A stretch of DNA of 64,000 nt from Eledone cirrhosa (GCA_964016885.1 OZ024752.1:3782001-3846000); one strand, 5' to 3'; counted from the first letter of the stretch, positions 13,406-28,340 are shown. Notes: generated from the letters alone by a model not told the origin. Made by a program: numbers and translations.

Positions 13406-16400
13406 TCAGGATTTGGGCACCATGGCCCATTCGAGAAGAGAATTACTGTTTGCGGAGACATATCCGGGTGTGGGTGGTTTGTCCGGGATTACTTGGAGGA
13501 ATTTGTCCAAAGACTTCTTGAATTTTGTGTGGTCAGTTTCTGTTTTGACGTGTCCTGGTGTGATGTTGAAGAGAGCAGGGCCAATTGAGGTGAAATAATT
13601 GTGCCGTATTGTTGTTATGAGTTGCGATTTAGATTTTTGTATGGGACGGATAGCACGGGGCCGAAGCCTTGGGTGTATCTTGAAGGCGATGCCAACATCA
13701 TTTGGGCAGTGATGATGGAACATTTTCCACATCATGCAGATAATATAACGTTCACGGCGACGTTGGAGTGAGTAAAGTTTCAGCTTTTCTAGTCGACCCC
13801 AGTAGTCAAGGTCTGACATGCCATCTATCTTTTTCGTGATTGCCCTTTGAAGAGCTTCAAGTTTCATGATACTTTGTTTCGTGTGGGGAGACCACAGTGG
13901 ACAACAGTATTCAAGGTGTGGTCGGGCAAGAGTAGAGAAGAGAAGGATAATGGTGTGGGAATCTCTCGACTGGAAGGTTCTGAGGATCCAGGAACACATT
14001 CTGCAGGCCATGTCAACATTGCTGCTTATATGCGTGGCCCAGCTTATGTTGCTGTCCACGGTTACTCCCAAGTCTCTGATGTTGTTAGATGCCACGAGAG
14101 TTTCCCCGAAGGGAAGGGAGTACGGGAGTTTCAGAGCATCCTCTTTTCCAAAGTGGATCAGTTCGAATTTGTCTTCGTACTGTAACATGTTGTTCTTTTC
14201 CGCCCATTAGGTAACAGCCAGTAGGTCTGACTGAAGGCTTATCCGGTCATCCACGCCATTGATGACCTTTTGGAGCTTGGAATCATCAGCGAAAATTTTA
14301 ATGTTGCTGTGTTTGATGATGTCAGTTTTTCATTAATATAGATGATGAAGAGAAGTGAGTCCAACACAGTGCCTTGTGGGACCCCACTACTGACTTTGGC
14401 TGGGCTGGATTTGACTCCGTCAACTACAACATGTTGGGTTCTGTTTGACAGGAAGCTCTTGATCCACTGCAGCAGCTTTCCAGTGACACCAATATTGGAC
14501 AGTTTTCTCAGTAGAATGTTATGATCAACCCTGTCAAAGGCCTTGCTGAAATCAAGGTAGATAACATCAGTGTTGGAACCCTCTCCCAAGGCTCTCAAAA
14601 TGTCATCAAAGTGATGCAGTAGCTGCGTCAGGCAATCCCTTCCATTACGGAATCCATGCTGGTTGGAGTTCAGCATATTGTTACTCTCAAGGAAGTGGGT
14701 CATTCGCGATCTCACTACTCTCTCAAATACCTTAATGATATGAGAGGTGAGTGAGATTGGACGGTAATTCACGGCAAGGGATTTGTTTCCTTTTTTGAAA
14801 ACTGGGACAACAGACTGGGATAGAAGGTTTTCTGGCACATATCCAGCATCCAGTGAGTTCCGCCACAGATTGGCAAGAGGAGATGCAAGTTGGTGTTGAC
14901 ACGCCTTCAAGACACAAGCAGGGAACCTATCGGGACCTACTGCTGAATTATGCTTGATTTCCTTTATTGCCGCTAAGACATCAGGGGCGCCAAACGTTAT
15001 GTCCGATAAGGTGTAATGGGGAGTAACATCGCCGATACAGCCCAGATCGGCCATATCAGGATTGCTGAAAACAGAGCAGTATTGTTTCTGCAGTATCTCA
15101 CCCAATGTTTTAGCATTGTCTTGAAGCGTGCCATTTTCATCAATTAGAGGGCCAACAGTAGAGCCAGTGATTTTGTGTTTTTTTGCAAATGAAAAGAACA
15201 CTTTGGGATTGAGTTTGATCTTCTCAATGGCCCAGGCCTCTTCAGCTCTTCTCTGATTGTTGATGAGAGACATTATGTTGTTTTGGAGGTTATGTTTTTT
15301 AATCTCTGGTGATGAAATGGCAGTCAAGTTGATGTGTTGCTGCTGACGGTATTTCAGCTTGTTGATTTTTTTGTTCGTTCTCTTAATTTTTCTGATGAGC
15401 GTTTTTCTATTTCTAGGGATTCTGCTCTTAGATTTGTTTATAGTTCTTAATGGGGTGTGTTTTGCACATATGTTTGTAACAGTGTCCACAAATGTCTGCC
15501 AGGACTTTTTGATGTTAGTGGGTGTATGAGTGTGCGTGAAGGACCAGTCGACATGTGCAAGATCATGACTGATCGCTTCCCAGTTTGCATTGTGGAAATC
15601 CATAGCGTCAAACGGATGGACAGGAGTGATGACATTGGGTTTGTATATTGGACGGTGGAATCTCAGATCACAGAGAACCATGTCATGATCAGAGAGTAGA
15701 GTTTTCTCCACTACAATATTGTGGATATTGTCAGTGTGATTGCTGAAAATTAAGTCTAGGACGTTTTTGTGGCACCTCGTTGGTTCGAGCACCAGTTGGG
15801 ATAGGAAGAAATCATCCATGAAGTCAAGAAGCGATTCCACTGCTTCCCTGTCAGAGGTTGAGGCAGAAGAACCTGGTGGCAGGCTGTTTGTGGACCAGTC
15901 AACTCCGGGGAGGTTGAAGTCCCCCATCATTAAGATGTTGTCAGCGTGACACTCTTGGATGAAACACTTTATGCTGTTGAGGCATTTCTTGAAGCATGGT
16001 ACAGGCGTTTGGGGTGGCTTATAGAGCCCAACTACTATTAGGTTGTTGGTTTTACTGAATACAGTGACTGCTTCGCAGTATCCATTAGTGAATATGTTCA
16101 TAGCCTCTGTTGAGAAAGAATTATGGACATAAATGGCAGTCCCGCCCTTTCTTCTGCCAGCGCGATCAGCACGGATGGCTTTGAAATTTTCACTTTCACC
16201 TCGGCTTCCAAGTGGAGGTTACTGAGATGGGTTTCAGTGAGGACGAAGAAAGGGATGTGGTTTGGATGGACATCAATCCAGTCCTCCAGGAATTTGATCT
16301 TCCATTTTTGTGTATTGGTGGAAGGGCTGATGCCTTGGGCGTTAAGCAAAAATGTAGAGGCGAGAGTGGATGGTTTTAATTGTTTTGGTGTGTTGTTAAT

Positions 16401-16424
16401 TTGTTTGTTTGTTAATGGCAGCAA
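13406..16424 (-). pseudogene. LINE ORF2 (APE endonuclease + reverse transcriptase), disrupted
   Basis: APE motifs: LNAQG, TETHL, YKPP, MGDFN, LDLIFSN, SDH. RT motifs: NYRPISLTS, QHGFR, YLDFSKAFD, GVPQG, FADD (about 14283-14293, in another frame), then RPHLEYCCPLWSP and LYSLQRRRER. Frameshifts near 16195 and 14330, stop near 14208. Confidence 0.92.
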
Positions 16425-16720
16425 TGGGAGTTTGTGCAGTGGGGTGATAGTGGAGGGTGGTGCTGGGTGATAGCTCGAATGTTTTTTTCCAGTTCTTTTG
16501 CCAGATTCATTATGGCTAAAAAAGAGGAAGAAGTTTCCTGTTTAGAAGACTGTTGGTGACTGTGGTAGTGGTTATTTTTATGTAGGTTATGGTTTTTGTT
16601 TTTGCTTCTATTTTTAATTTTATTTTCATTTATCCGACGGGTCCCCGGGAGATGGGTAAAGGGACAATCCCGGTGTAAACACAATCTGTCTCGCAGGGAA
16701 AAGCGGCAGATTTGTGGATT
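16412..16720 (-). pseudogene. LINE ORF1 C-terminal remnant with CCCH zinc finger
   Basis: Translation [29 protein letters not shown] gives C-x8-C-x4-C-x3-H, directly upstream of and overlapping the ORF2 start. Confidence 0.7.
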
Positions 16721-16763
16721 CCTTGTTTGAGTTATTGGTGGTTGTGTTGGTGTTAAATTAGAG

Positions 16764-18500
<1,737 letters not shown>

Positions 18501-19982
18501 TTAACTATTTATTAAACTTGGCGATAAATCTTTCGATTCCTTCAATTTTTTTTTTTTTTTTTTAAACCTTTCTGCATGAATATATAATTAATGAGATTAA
18601 TTAAACTACCCTAAAATAGCGATGTTCCCAATCTATTGAATAAATTTTTAAGCTAGATAAACTTCTATAATAAATATAAGAGCATTTGTAGAATAAGATT
18701 TTGAATGATTTCTGCTAAATAAGTTTTGTTCAACAATTTTGGTTTTTGTTTGCTTTTGATTCTGATTGCTTCTAATGAACTGGACAATATATTGTCAAAT
18801 AAATTGGAAGGGTGGTTTTATGTGATTGATATGCGTGGCATACTATGTTCTCTTACGTCCCTAGATACTCTGGGGAGTGACGAAGATATTCTTGGCGTTT
18901 TTAATTTTTAATATATTGATATCTGTTGTCTATTCTATGCTTGAACGATAATCGTGTAAGTGAGGGCAGGAATATTACTATTAATATTAATGTATATTTT
19001 ATGTCTATATATATATGTATGTACATATATATATGGTGGAATCTTTTGTAACGCAATGAAGATTTTCATGAAAAATAAGAATTTGCAGAGCAGATCACGT
19101 AGGTTCACATGTGTGTATATAATTGTCAACTTGAATTTGAGATGACCTTCTCTTTTCTCTTTTTTCCTTTTTTCACGAAAATGCATATATACTTATGTAT
19201 TTTTGAAGTTTTGTCTCAGATTTTGCTTATAAACCTAAGAATTTTTAAACTAAACATGGGGTCGTTATTTTTTTCACACATTATGGATATGTGTCTCATT
19301 CATGAATGTTGATATTTACATTATAATACCTAATTCATAAAAATTGATAATTCAAATGGATGAGACATAATATTTTAAATATATCATCTTTCTTTCTGTT
19401 TCTCCTCTACACTTGACGGGATTTATGTGTCGGCTGTTTTAACTGTATCACTCCCACCTCGTTTGATAGATATTTACTCGATCTACCTCTTTTCTCCCAC
19501 CACCTATATCTCTCTCTACCTCTCTTCATTTATCTATTTATTTCTCTCCGTATCCTTAACACTATAACTAAATAAATAAATAAATAAATAATTACAGTAC
19601 CCCCTTCCCTCCTTAACCTCTCACTGTACGCTGATCATCTGTCCCCAAGCTGCCTACCATTTTTCACTTCCTCAATATATTTCTCTCTCCCATATCTCCT
19701 TCTCTCTCTATCTCGCTCTGTTGTTTTTCTTTACATACATCTCTTCATCTTCTTCTCTAACTGTCCTTAGCACTATACACTCTCTTTCTTCTTCTCTTCG
19801 TCCTTAGTACTATACACTTACCTTCTTTTTTTCTTTTTTTCTCTTCGTTTTTTCTCTTCGTTTTTCTTCGTCTTTCTTTATAACTGTCCTTAACAGTTTC
19901 ACTACCAAATCAACTTTTTAAATGGAAGTTGCATTATTTTAAGGTATGTCAAATTTGTTTATAAAACGGCTTATATATTGTA

Positions 19983-20044
19983 TTTTGTCTGAGGAAGGCA
20001 TACCATATTTTTAATATGATATCCCTGAAATATATATAATGAAA
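19983..20044 (+). ncRNA. Minimal type-I hammerhead ribozyme motif
   Basis: ttttgt-CTGAGGA-agg catac catatt ttt aatatg atatc cct-GAAA-tatata-TA-atgaaa. Stem I has G-U pairs, stem II is agg/cct plus catatt/aatatg, and AATAAA is at 20043. Confidence 0.6.
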
Positions 20045-20334
20045 TAAATATGGTTTTATAAATATAGTTTCCATTTGTTTAATATCGTAAACCTACTCCA
20101 AAACCAGTTGAGTGCTTTTATATCAGTTATAAAATATTTACTCATTGTAACCCAACAATTTTAAATAAAATTTTTGCATATATATATATATATATATTTA
20201 TATAAGTATATATGTATATATATATATATAAGTATATATATTATTTTTCCCTTTTTGACGCTATAGTCACTTATATACTATGGAATGCTGTTCGCTTTTC
20301 GCTGCAGTGTTTTCTATACCTTTCATTTATATAA

Positions 20335-21322
20335 GGATATATATATATAAGTATATATATATATATAAGTATATATGTATATATATATATATAAGTATAT
20401 ATGTATATATATATATAAGTATATATGTATATATATATAAGTATATATGTATATATATATATAAGTATATATGTATATATATATAAGTATATATGTATAT
20501 ATATATAAGTATATATGTATATATATATATAAGTATATATGTATATATATATAAGTATATATGTATATATATATATAAGTATATATGTATATATATATAA
20601 ATATATAAGTATATATGTATATATATATATATAAGTATATATGTATAAGTATATATGTATATATATATAAGTATATATGTATATATATATAAGTATATAT
20701 GTATATATATATAAGTATATATGTATATATATATATATAAGTATATATGTATATATATATATAAGTATATATGTATATATATATATATGTATATATATAA
20801 GTATATATGTATATATATATATAAGTATATATGTATATATATATATAAGTATATATGTATATATATATATAAGTATATATGTATATATATAAGTATATAT
20901 GTATATATATATATAAGTATATATGTATATATATATATAAGTATATATGTATATATATAAGTATATATGTATATATGTATATATATATATAAGTATATAT
21001 GTATATATATATATAAGTATATATGTATATATATATATAAGTATATATGTATATATATATAAGTATATATGTATATATATATAAGTATATATGTATATAT
21101 ATATAAGTATATATGTATATATATATAAGTATATATGTATATATATATAAGTATATATGTATATATATATAAGTATATATGTATATATATAAGTATATAT
21201 GTATATATATATAAGTATATATAAGTATATATGTATATATATATAAGTATATATGTATATATATGTATATATATATAAGTATATATGTATATATATGTAT
21301 ATATATATAAGTATATATGTAT
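20335..21322. repeat. Higher-order (TA)-derived minisatellite, unit about AAGTATATATGTATATATATAT
   Basis: Regular alternation of AAG and TG interruptions about every 20-24 bp. Confidence 0.93.
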
Positions 21323-21608
21323 CTGCATATATTCCTACGGATTATTTGCAGGCTTCTACATAATCTGGACACATTTTTCCCAACTTGTAGAAAACTTATA
21401 ATGAAACAATTGTTTAGAAAGGGAGATGTATTTTAATTATGTCTCATATAAAATAATACAACTGGGTATCCGCAAAATACATATAGTTAGCACCCCAAAC
21501 GTAAAATTGGGATTATACTAAGGTATATCCTAATGTTTGTTGAGTGAGATGGAAGCCAGTCAGAGTATAGCTTGAAGCTTTAAGCTTTCTCTGTTAATGT
21601 ATTAAATA

Positions 21609-21641
<33 letters not shown>

Positions 21642-21680
21642 ATATGTATATATATATATGTATAGATATATATGTATATA

Positions 21681-21713
<33 letters not shown>

Positions 21714-21717
21714 CTAT

Positions 21718-22251
21718 ATAAACGGAAAAAATGAAACGGAATTTCATTTCCCACTCTTAGTACGGCTGTTACTTAAATATAAGTATGTACACATACATAC
21801 ATATATGTATACAGACGTACAGTAGTATATATATATATATATACATACATGCACACATATATATATATGCACGTTTGGATTCACCAAACATTTTTTATAA
21901 TGCTCGGTGTGTTTGTAAACAAACATCCCGTATTAAGCCGTAGTGTCTAGCAACCTTCGTTGCTCGTTTGTTCAACACTGACAAAGGAACGCTGTACTAG
22001 TTTCAAGCTTATTAGCTATCGTCAGCAACGTATACCTTTCTGCCAGATTGTTGAACGTATATACTTACCTTATGCATATTAACGGCTGAGTAGCCCAATT
22101 TGCATATCGAGTGGGTTAATCGGCCGGGTGCACCGAAAACGATAAACGGAAAAAATGAAACGAAATTTCATTTCCCACTCTTAGTACGGCTGTTACTTAA
22201 ATATAAGTATGTACACGTACATACATATATGTATACAGACGTACAGTAGTA
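21718..22251. mobile_element. Unclassified (TA)-associated repeat, family D: about 425-bp unit with about 110-bp terminal direct repeat
   Basis: 21718-21826 is repeated at 22142-22251. Other copies lie at 42912-43081, 43819-43863 and 59585-59995. Confidence 0.8.
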
Positions 22252-22254
22252 CGC

Positions 22255-22545
22255 CCTCATGGTCTGGTAGTGTCAACTTTGGGAAGCTCGGATCTATATA
22301 ATCGATCGACCTTCTTGAAATAGCAGTCAAATCTCAGTCAGCGCACAACGTGCTGTGCAAGGAGAAAGACTGTAAGTGATCAAGTACTAGCAGCTTAATC
22401 CTTCTCAAATCACGCCTTCCATTATTATTAAAAGCAAATAGTGGATAATATAGACCTGGATACTATGAATCTTAGTGACAAACAGAATTTCCAATGCTAA
22501 AAGGTTCTCGATAATGCCTGCTCGCTGAACAACAACTACAACAAA
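22255..22545 (+). mobile_element. Old SINE-like repeat with (CAA)n tail, family C
   Basis: gaaatagcagtcaaatctc...ggataatatagacctggatact...aacaacaactac. A related minus-strand copy lies at about 26540-26740. Heavily diverged. Confidence 0.4.
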
Positions 22546-23097
22546 TACTAATAATAACAGGACTTTTACCATTGAGTATCTATTCCAAATTATACTAGTA
22601 AAAAATGAGTTTTACAAAGAAACCGTATTTCGTAAATACATAATTATGTTTCTTTACACAGACAGTGTCGTATTGATAATGTAAACACAGCAATATATAA
22701 ACTTGATTAAATTAAACATAATAACATTGTACAGGAGGAAGTAGAGAAGACTAGACTCGTCAAAAATATAACATTTACACATAAGTATACTGTAATCAAG
22801 ATGCTATTTTAATACTGCAATATATATATATATATACATATAGAAATATATGTGCGTGTGTTTGTGCTGTGAGTGGGCGTGCATGAATGTGTGAGAAAGA
22901 GAATAGAGAACATATCCTTACAGAACAAATAAACAGTGAATATTTAGAATTGGTTTCATTTGACCCTGGATAGTGTACTCCCTATGTTAACGAGGAAGAA
23001 GCTCAGGACAGTATACTCAATCGATGGATTGGTCTGAATGCTTGTTTCAGATTGGTGTCCGCTAAAACCACACAAGGCCCATGTGGTGGTATTAAAT

Positions 23098-23372
23098 CTA
23101 GAAACTGATTACAATTATTCAAAACAGTTGAGATTTCTGGAGTCCTTGGCCCTAGAACGATCTCCCGACTCACCACCATCGGCACAGATTTGGCTACCCG
23201 CAGGTTTGAGCCTCACGAACTGGACTGGCTCCTCCAGCGCGTCTCCCTTACCATCCTCCGGGAAGACGCCTTCTCTATTCTGTCCGCCGAGGCGGCGGGG
23301 TGGCCAACGAGTGGACCCCCATTTGCTCATAATAGTGAGGGATGGGAAGAGTGGGAGAGACGGAGACAGTAA
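23098..23372 (+). pseudogene. 3' fragment of a CRE-like (restriction-like endonuclease) non-LTR retrotransposon
   Basis: The frame from 23124 reads TVEISGVLGPRTISRLTTIGTDLATRRFEPHELDWLLQRVSLTILREDAFSILSA, matching the CRE C-terminal pattern AVET.G..GP.....L..IG.......GEPRE..WL.QR.S.A..RGNA..IL. It is a GC-rich island. Confidence 0.65.
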
Positions 23373-24279
23373 CAGTGGCAATTTGGTTCCTTTATGTTCG
23401 GACCTGGTGTATGTTTCACAGACGCACACTCACATATATTCCCAGTCTTCTTTTTATTGTAGAAATACAGTCACACTTCATAACAACACTATTCCATTCA
23501 TTAATGAAGTAGTTGCACAAATAACAGAAATTGAGAAGTAATACGATTAGAACTAAGAGGGCCCAAACATTCGATTCTAACATTAATGGAGAACATTATA
23601 CTGACAGAAGAGTCTACAAGCGTTGTGATCTCCATTTACAAGCTGATGAGGTGATAGCCCTATCTGTATGTGGTAAACAGGAACTGAGTAAAGATAGCTA
23701 TAAAGAATAAACAGACTGTGTAAACGTAACAATTATACAGAAAACTTAATGAAACTGTTTAAATATAATACTAAATCATATTTGAAAGTAATGAATATAT
23801 CTTGTATTGACACAGACAACAACATCACAGTATGGAGTCTGATACTGATGTTATCAACTCTGAAGAAATTAAACACATCATCACTGAAAGTACGATTTTA
23901 TATCAGAATATATGTGGGTGAGTATTGACAAACTAAATTATGTATTATTTTATGTATGTCTTCCTAAAGATTGTGTCTTAGGGTCTGATTGTAGTTTTCT
24001 TCACATACCCCCATCTGTTCATTTTGGTCCAAGTTTCCTTTAAATATATTTAGAACATGTTATGTAAATATATAAGTATGGTTAAACCATAATATTTCAT
24101 ATGTAGCAAGAAAGAGGCACCAATCTTCTACACTATTCAATTAGAGAGTCCTATACGTTCGTTTCAGCTGCTAAAAATATTCAGATTTTCAACAAATCAT
24201 CTTGAGCATGTCTAACTTGTGGCTAATATCATAGAAATAGAAACGACATATTGTCATGTTTTTAAGGGTTCTTCATTAA

Positions 24280-24458
24280 CAGAGTCGTTATAGCATCAGG
24301 AAAAATATCACGTGATTTTGTTTCAGCTATTTATGTTCAAATTCCGCTGTCGTCAACTTTTAAAATAAATTGTCAATTACAGGGGGATCGATTTATTTCA
24401 CTCTACCATAGACCCCAAATTCCTAACTGCACGCTGAAATTAGAAGTCATTATCATAC
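24280..24458 (+). mobile_element. Old degenerate SINE family A relative
   Basis: gttcaaattccgc...gggggatcgattt...gaaattagaagtcattatc. Confidence 0.5.
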
Positions 24459-24513
24459 TAATCTAATATCTCAGACAATACCTTAATAACTGCAACATAA
24501 AAGCTGATAAAAT

Positions 24514-24737
24514 AAATAATTCTTTCTACCTTTGTCACAAAGCCAGCAATTTAGAGGGATTGGGAAAGTCGATTAAATCGACCCCCAGAGCGTTAATAGT
24601 GCTTTATTTTAATGATCTTGTAAGGATGAAAGGTAAAGCTAACTTTGGCAGGACTTGAACTCAGACCTTAAATGGACTTAACTAAATACCGAAAATCATA
24701 TTGTCCGATGCTCTACCATTACTGCAAATCCTCCGCA
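24514..24737 (-). mobile_element. SINE family A, diverged
   Basis: Full-length reverse complement of the family consensus. Confidence 0.82.
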
Positions 24738-24759
24738 TTAAGACGAAATATTATACGGA

Positions 24760-24946
24760 CCTGTCAACTCTCCTCGTCCGATGAGATCTCCCACCCACTT
24801 TCGGGAGGGTGAGAGAGGTCTTCTCTTGTGGCAAAGAGTTTAGCTTTCCTTATGTCAAATCTTTCCATTATGCTTAAATTCTCCCCGTTTGGGGGCACCT
24901 TTTTCCTGGTACTTCTCGTTTGGGTTTTTAGAGTTTGGCACCTCTG
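24760..24946 (-). repeat. Unclassified interspersed repeat; paralog at about 45105-45255 in the opposite orientation
   Basis: The two sites share aaa(a/g)gtgcc..caaa(a)cgggga and aaagtgggtgggagatctc..tcggacg. A hAT-like end, cagaggtgccaaac, lies at about 24933-24946. Confidence 0.5.
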
Positions 24947-25539
24947 ATTATATGTAAAATTAGTTATATTTCTACGTGTGCATGATTGAATAAATATATG
25001 TGCAAGTGTAAACCAGTGTATACGTGAATGCGCCTGTGTGTGCTCGCACATATAGGAGTGTTTCGCTCTTTCATAACATGGTCAGTAGGCTATTTGATAA
25101 GTTTTCTACATTTTACTCAAAGTAAAAGAGAATTACCCTACGCCACACTGCATTTAGCATATAGATATGTTGCTGATATTTTATATTCACATAAGTCATC
25201 CTTCTGAAAGTTTATTATTCAACTTTTGTTGCTATTTTCATTGACTTTTTATTAGAGAGAGTACGGTGAGATTTATTTAAAAGAAAAATTGATGGCAATT
25301 TTTGCAAGTAACACAGACATAGATGTTATTATACTTCATCTTTACAATTTACAGCACAATTCTCTTATATGTGACTGGTGTTTGAAGTATGTAATATTTA
25401 ATATCCTTCCATCGTAGAGTTGTACAGGTGTTGTCGCGAAATACAGTGGGCCGTGGGAATTATAAAGCTGGTGGAATATTATATTTGTGGAATCCCATAT
25501 TTAAAAAGTCAACTTCTTTCAGTGATATACACAGGCAGA

Positions 25540-25705
25540 GACATAACAAGAGTATTGGGGAAGAAGTACCAACAACTGCTGGATTATTGCATTATCTATC
25601 GATCCCGAAAACAAAATAGATTTTGGTGAGATTTGAACGCAGAACACAGTAACACATAGCGAAAGATATTCTATACATTTCTAAGCCTTCTGCCAATTTG
25701 CCATC
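25540..25705 (-). mobile_element. Very old SINE family A remnant
   Basis: tatcgatcccgaaa...gagatttgaacgcagaac...tctgccaatttgcc. Confidence 0.45.
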
Positions 25706-25735
25706 AGAATTTCCAGTACACATCTTTCAATGAAT

Positions 25736-25912
25736 TACCGCATTTCCTGGTGTCGAAGACGTTACTTTTTTTCATAAAGTAAGTCACAAAAATCTACCTT
25801 GCGTCCTAGAGGCCGAAGGTTGTTTATTATTATTATTCTTTTCTTTTGCAAATTTTTGTTGTCAAAATTAGGGTGCGTCCTCGAGTATAAAGCATTATTT
25901 TTATTACCGGTA
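25736..25912. mobile_element. Degenerate Tc1/mariner-type MITE
   Basis: Ends TACCG...CGGTA with subterminal gaagacg / gcgtcct motifs. Confidence 0.4.
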
Positions 25913-27926
25913 GTGTTATGTCCACAGTGAGCCATGACTAACCTGTATATTTATATCAGTAACTATATTTGTCAATATACTCGTTTAAGATGGAAAATGT
26001 GACTTCTGTTTCTATTATCCGAGCGAATCTTTTAACTCTCAATTGCTGACTATAATTATCTTCCCTTTCCCATCTTAGTGTCCAGAATGATAGTCTGGAA
26101 TGTTTTACTCATATCTGAGAAGGTCACTCTCTGTAAGCCCTTAGGTTCAGAGCTATTTATAAGATTAACACGTTTAATATCAACCCGGCTGAAACCGTTC
26201 ATGGTTTTATGATACACAACTACTTGATTTAAAGTGTTTATACTTTTATAAAAACCTACATTTTCTAATTTACTTAAAAGCTTTTTCATGTGTTATGCCA
26301 AACATCACCTTAATTATGATAAAGCTAGGTATATTACTAAATCGTTCAAATTCTTATTAATTTTCAAAATTAATAGGACATCATAGGTAGAGTTATTCAG
26401 GAGAAATGTGTTGATGAAAATGTTGAGCATATCTCTTGAAAATTAGCTGAGATTAAATAATTAAGACAAATGTTATCAGAAGAGCATGCATTTTTATAAA
26501 TTAAGGTTGTTGTCGATATTTTTGTTATTGGTATTCTTGTTGCTTTTGTTTTGGCGCCCAGGTCAGCCCTGATTTAGCAAACATGATCAAAGACATTAAC
26601 CGCGTCTATCCTGTGTTTTATTTTAGATATATTGTACCAAACAATACTTTACTCAATGTGGTTACCTTTCATTTATGGTAGGATATGATACGTGTGAGAT
26701 TTGGTTACTATTTCTAGCATGACAAATGCTTTCGTAAGTACTTTTGTTGAAATTGAGATGCAGGATTAATATTTTGTATCTTGTTATCTATGAATATATG
26801 ACAAATATTTATGTTCTGTGAACTTACGAACCATTCCTGATTAAATCTCTTTCAGTCTTCATATAACATTTTGGCAATTCCTCATTTAATCTTACCTATA
26901 ATGAAATGGCTAACCATAAACCTTACCCTCCTGATGTAAGACTATATGTGTGACGATGGAATTGATCCCAAGTTATTTCATATTAACCGAATGGGTGATC
27001 AAGTTTTATAGAAGTTGATTTCACAGAACTGACCGCTGTATCGTTAATTCTAACATACTGATTAATGTTGACTATGCAAGCATTATGGCAGAGCTGGTGG
27101 TGTAATTATTAGTGAGGATAACGTTACTGATGATGATAAGGAATATTGTCTTAAAAATGGATGGTGATAACGATGATGATGGTGATCATCATAATCACAA
27201 TGATAGCAGTTGTGGTGATGGTGGTGGTGGTGGTAGTGGTGATGGTGGTGGTGAAAATGGTGGTTGATGATAAAGTTAATAACTGAGAACGATATAAATA
27301 AGGAGGATAGTGACTAGGATGATGACGACGATGATGACGATGATGACGATGATGATGATGATGAGAAGAATGAGGGTAGTTATGGGGCGAGGAGGTGTAT
27401 ATATATATTATATTGTACATTTGATCTCAACAGTTTTCCTTTGTGGAAATCCGGCAAACATTATTCTTATGAAGGTCCATTCGTAAGATTGATGGGTGCT
27501 ATTGCCATATCTTCAGATGTCTAGTAATTGATTCCCTCCTCGCCTTTCTCACTCCTCTCTCCTCTCACAACCACCATCGCCATCGTCGACTCTAACAACA
27601 ACAACAACAATAGCTGTAACAACCTAGCAACATTATTTCAAAAGCAAAGATACATCAACCGATATGTGTCTCCAAGTTTATACAGCCAAGCATGAATGCT
27701 ACCCATTTACATCTTACAAATGGACCGCTGCACATAGTTTGCTCGGCAATCAACGTTTGCAATACAGTAGATAGATACATAGCTCTAACGTCGCGCCCTT
27801 ATAATATCTGTCTGTATGTCTGGCTGTCTGCATTACGACATTGACTTCGCTATCTCTGTGTGTGTGTGTATATGTGTATATATTGTGTGTGTGTATATAT
27901 GTATATATATATAGTGTATATATATA

Positions 27927-27968
<42 letters not shown>

Positions 27969-28340
27969 TGTAACGTTTTTCGCTGTATCATTTCAACTGT
28001 ATGATAATGGGAAACGGCTACACCGTCAATGATTCTAAATCTTGATAACAAATAAAAGTAATAACAATGGCATCAGCAGCAACAACAGCAGCAGCAGCAG
28101 AAACAGAAGCTGTCGATGTTACAACAAATACAACAGCACGACAGCAGCACCGATAACAGCGGCGGTCGCAGCAGCAGTAACAGCAGCCTCACAAGCCCCC
28201 CCCCCCCCGCATCAATGATAATATCAGACTAACTAACACATCGCCGACAAATAAAACAACTCCAATGAAAACAATGGCGACAACAACAATGTTATGGGTG
28301 GTAGCAGTGAGAATGATGAGAAGGATGGGGCGGGGGGGGG

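Larger units (their letters stand above)
13317..16752 (-). mobile_element. CR1-clade LINE, 5'-truncated, decayed, inserted in (TA)n
   Basis: ORF1 3' remnant plus APE/RT ORF2, a short 3' UTR ending in a (TTCAAAGTTA)2 tail, and (TA)n on both flanks. Confidence 0.92.

Noticed and set aside
21975-22145. Hammerhead cores in family D (ctgacaa..., ctgagta...gaaa)
   Set aside because: The 3-8 pair is broken, GAAA is missing or not conserved in the 59.6-60 kb copy, and no stem I is present.
26032-26427. piggyBac-like MITE
   Set aside because: The TTAA ends and TIRs are too eroded to verify from this window alone.
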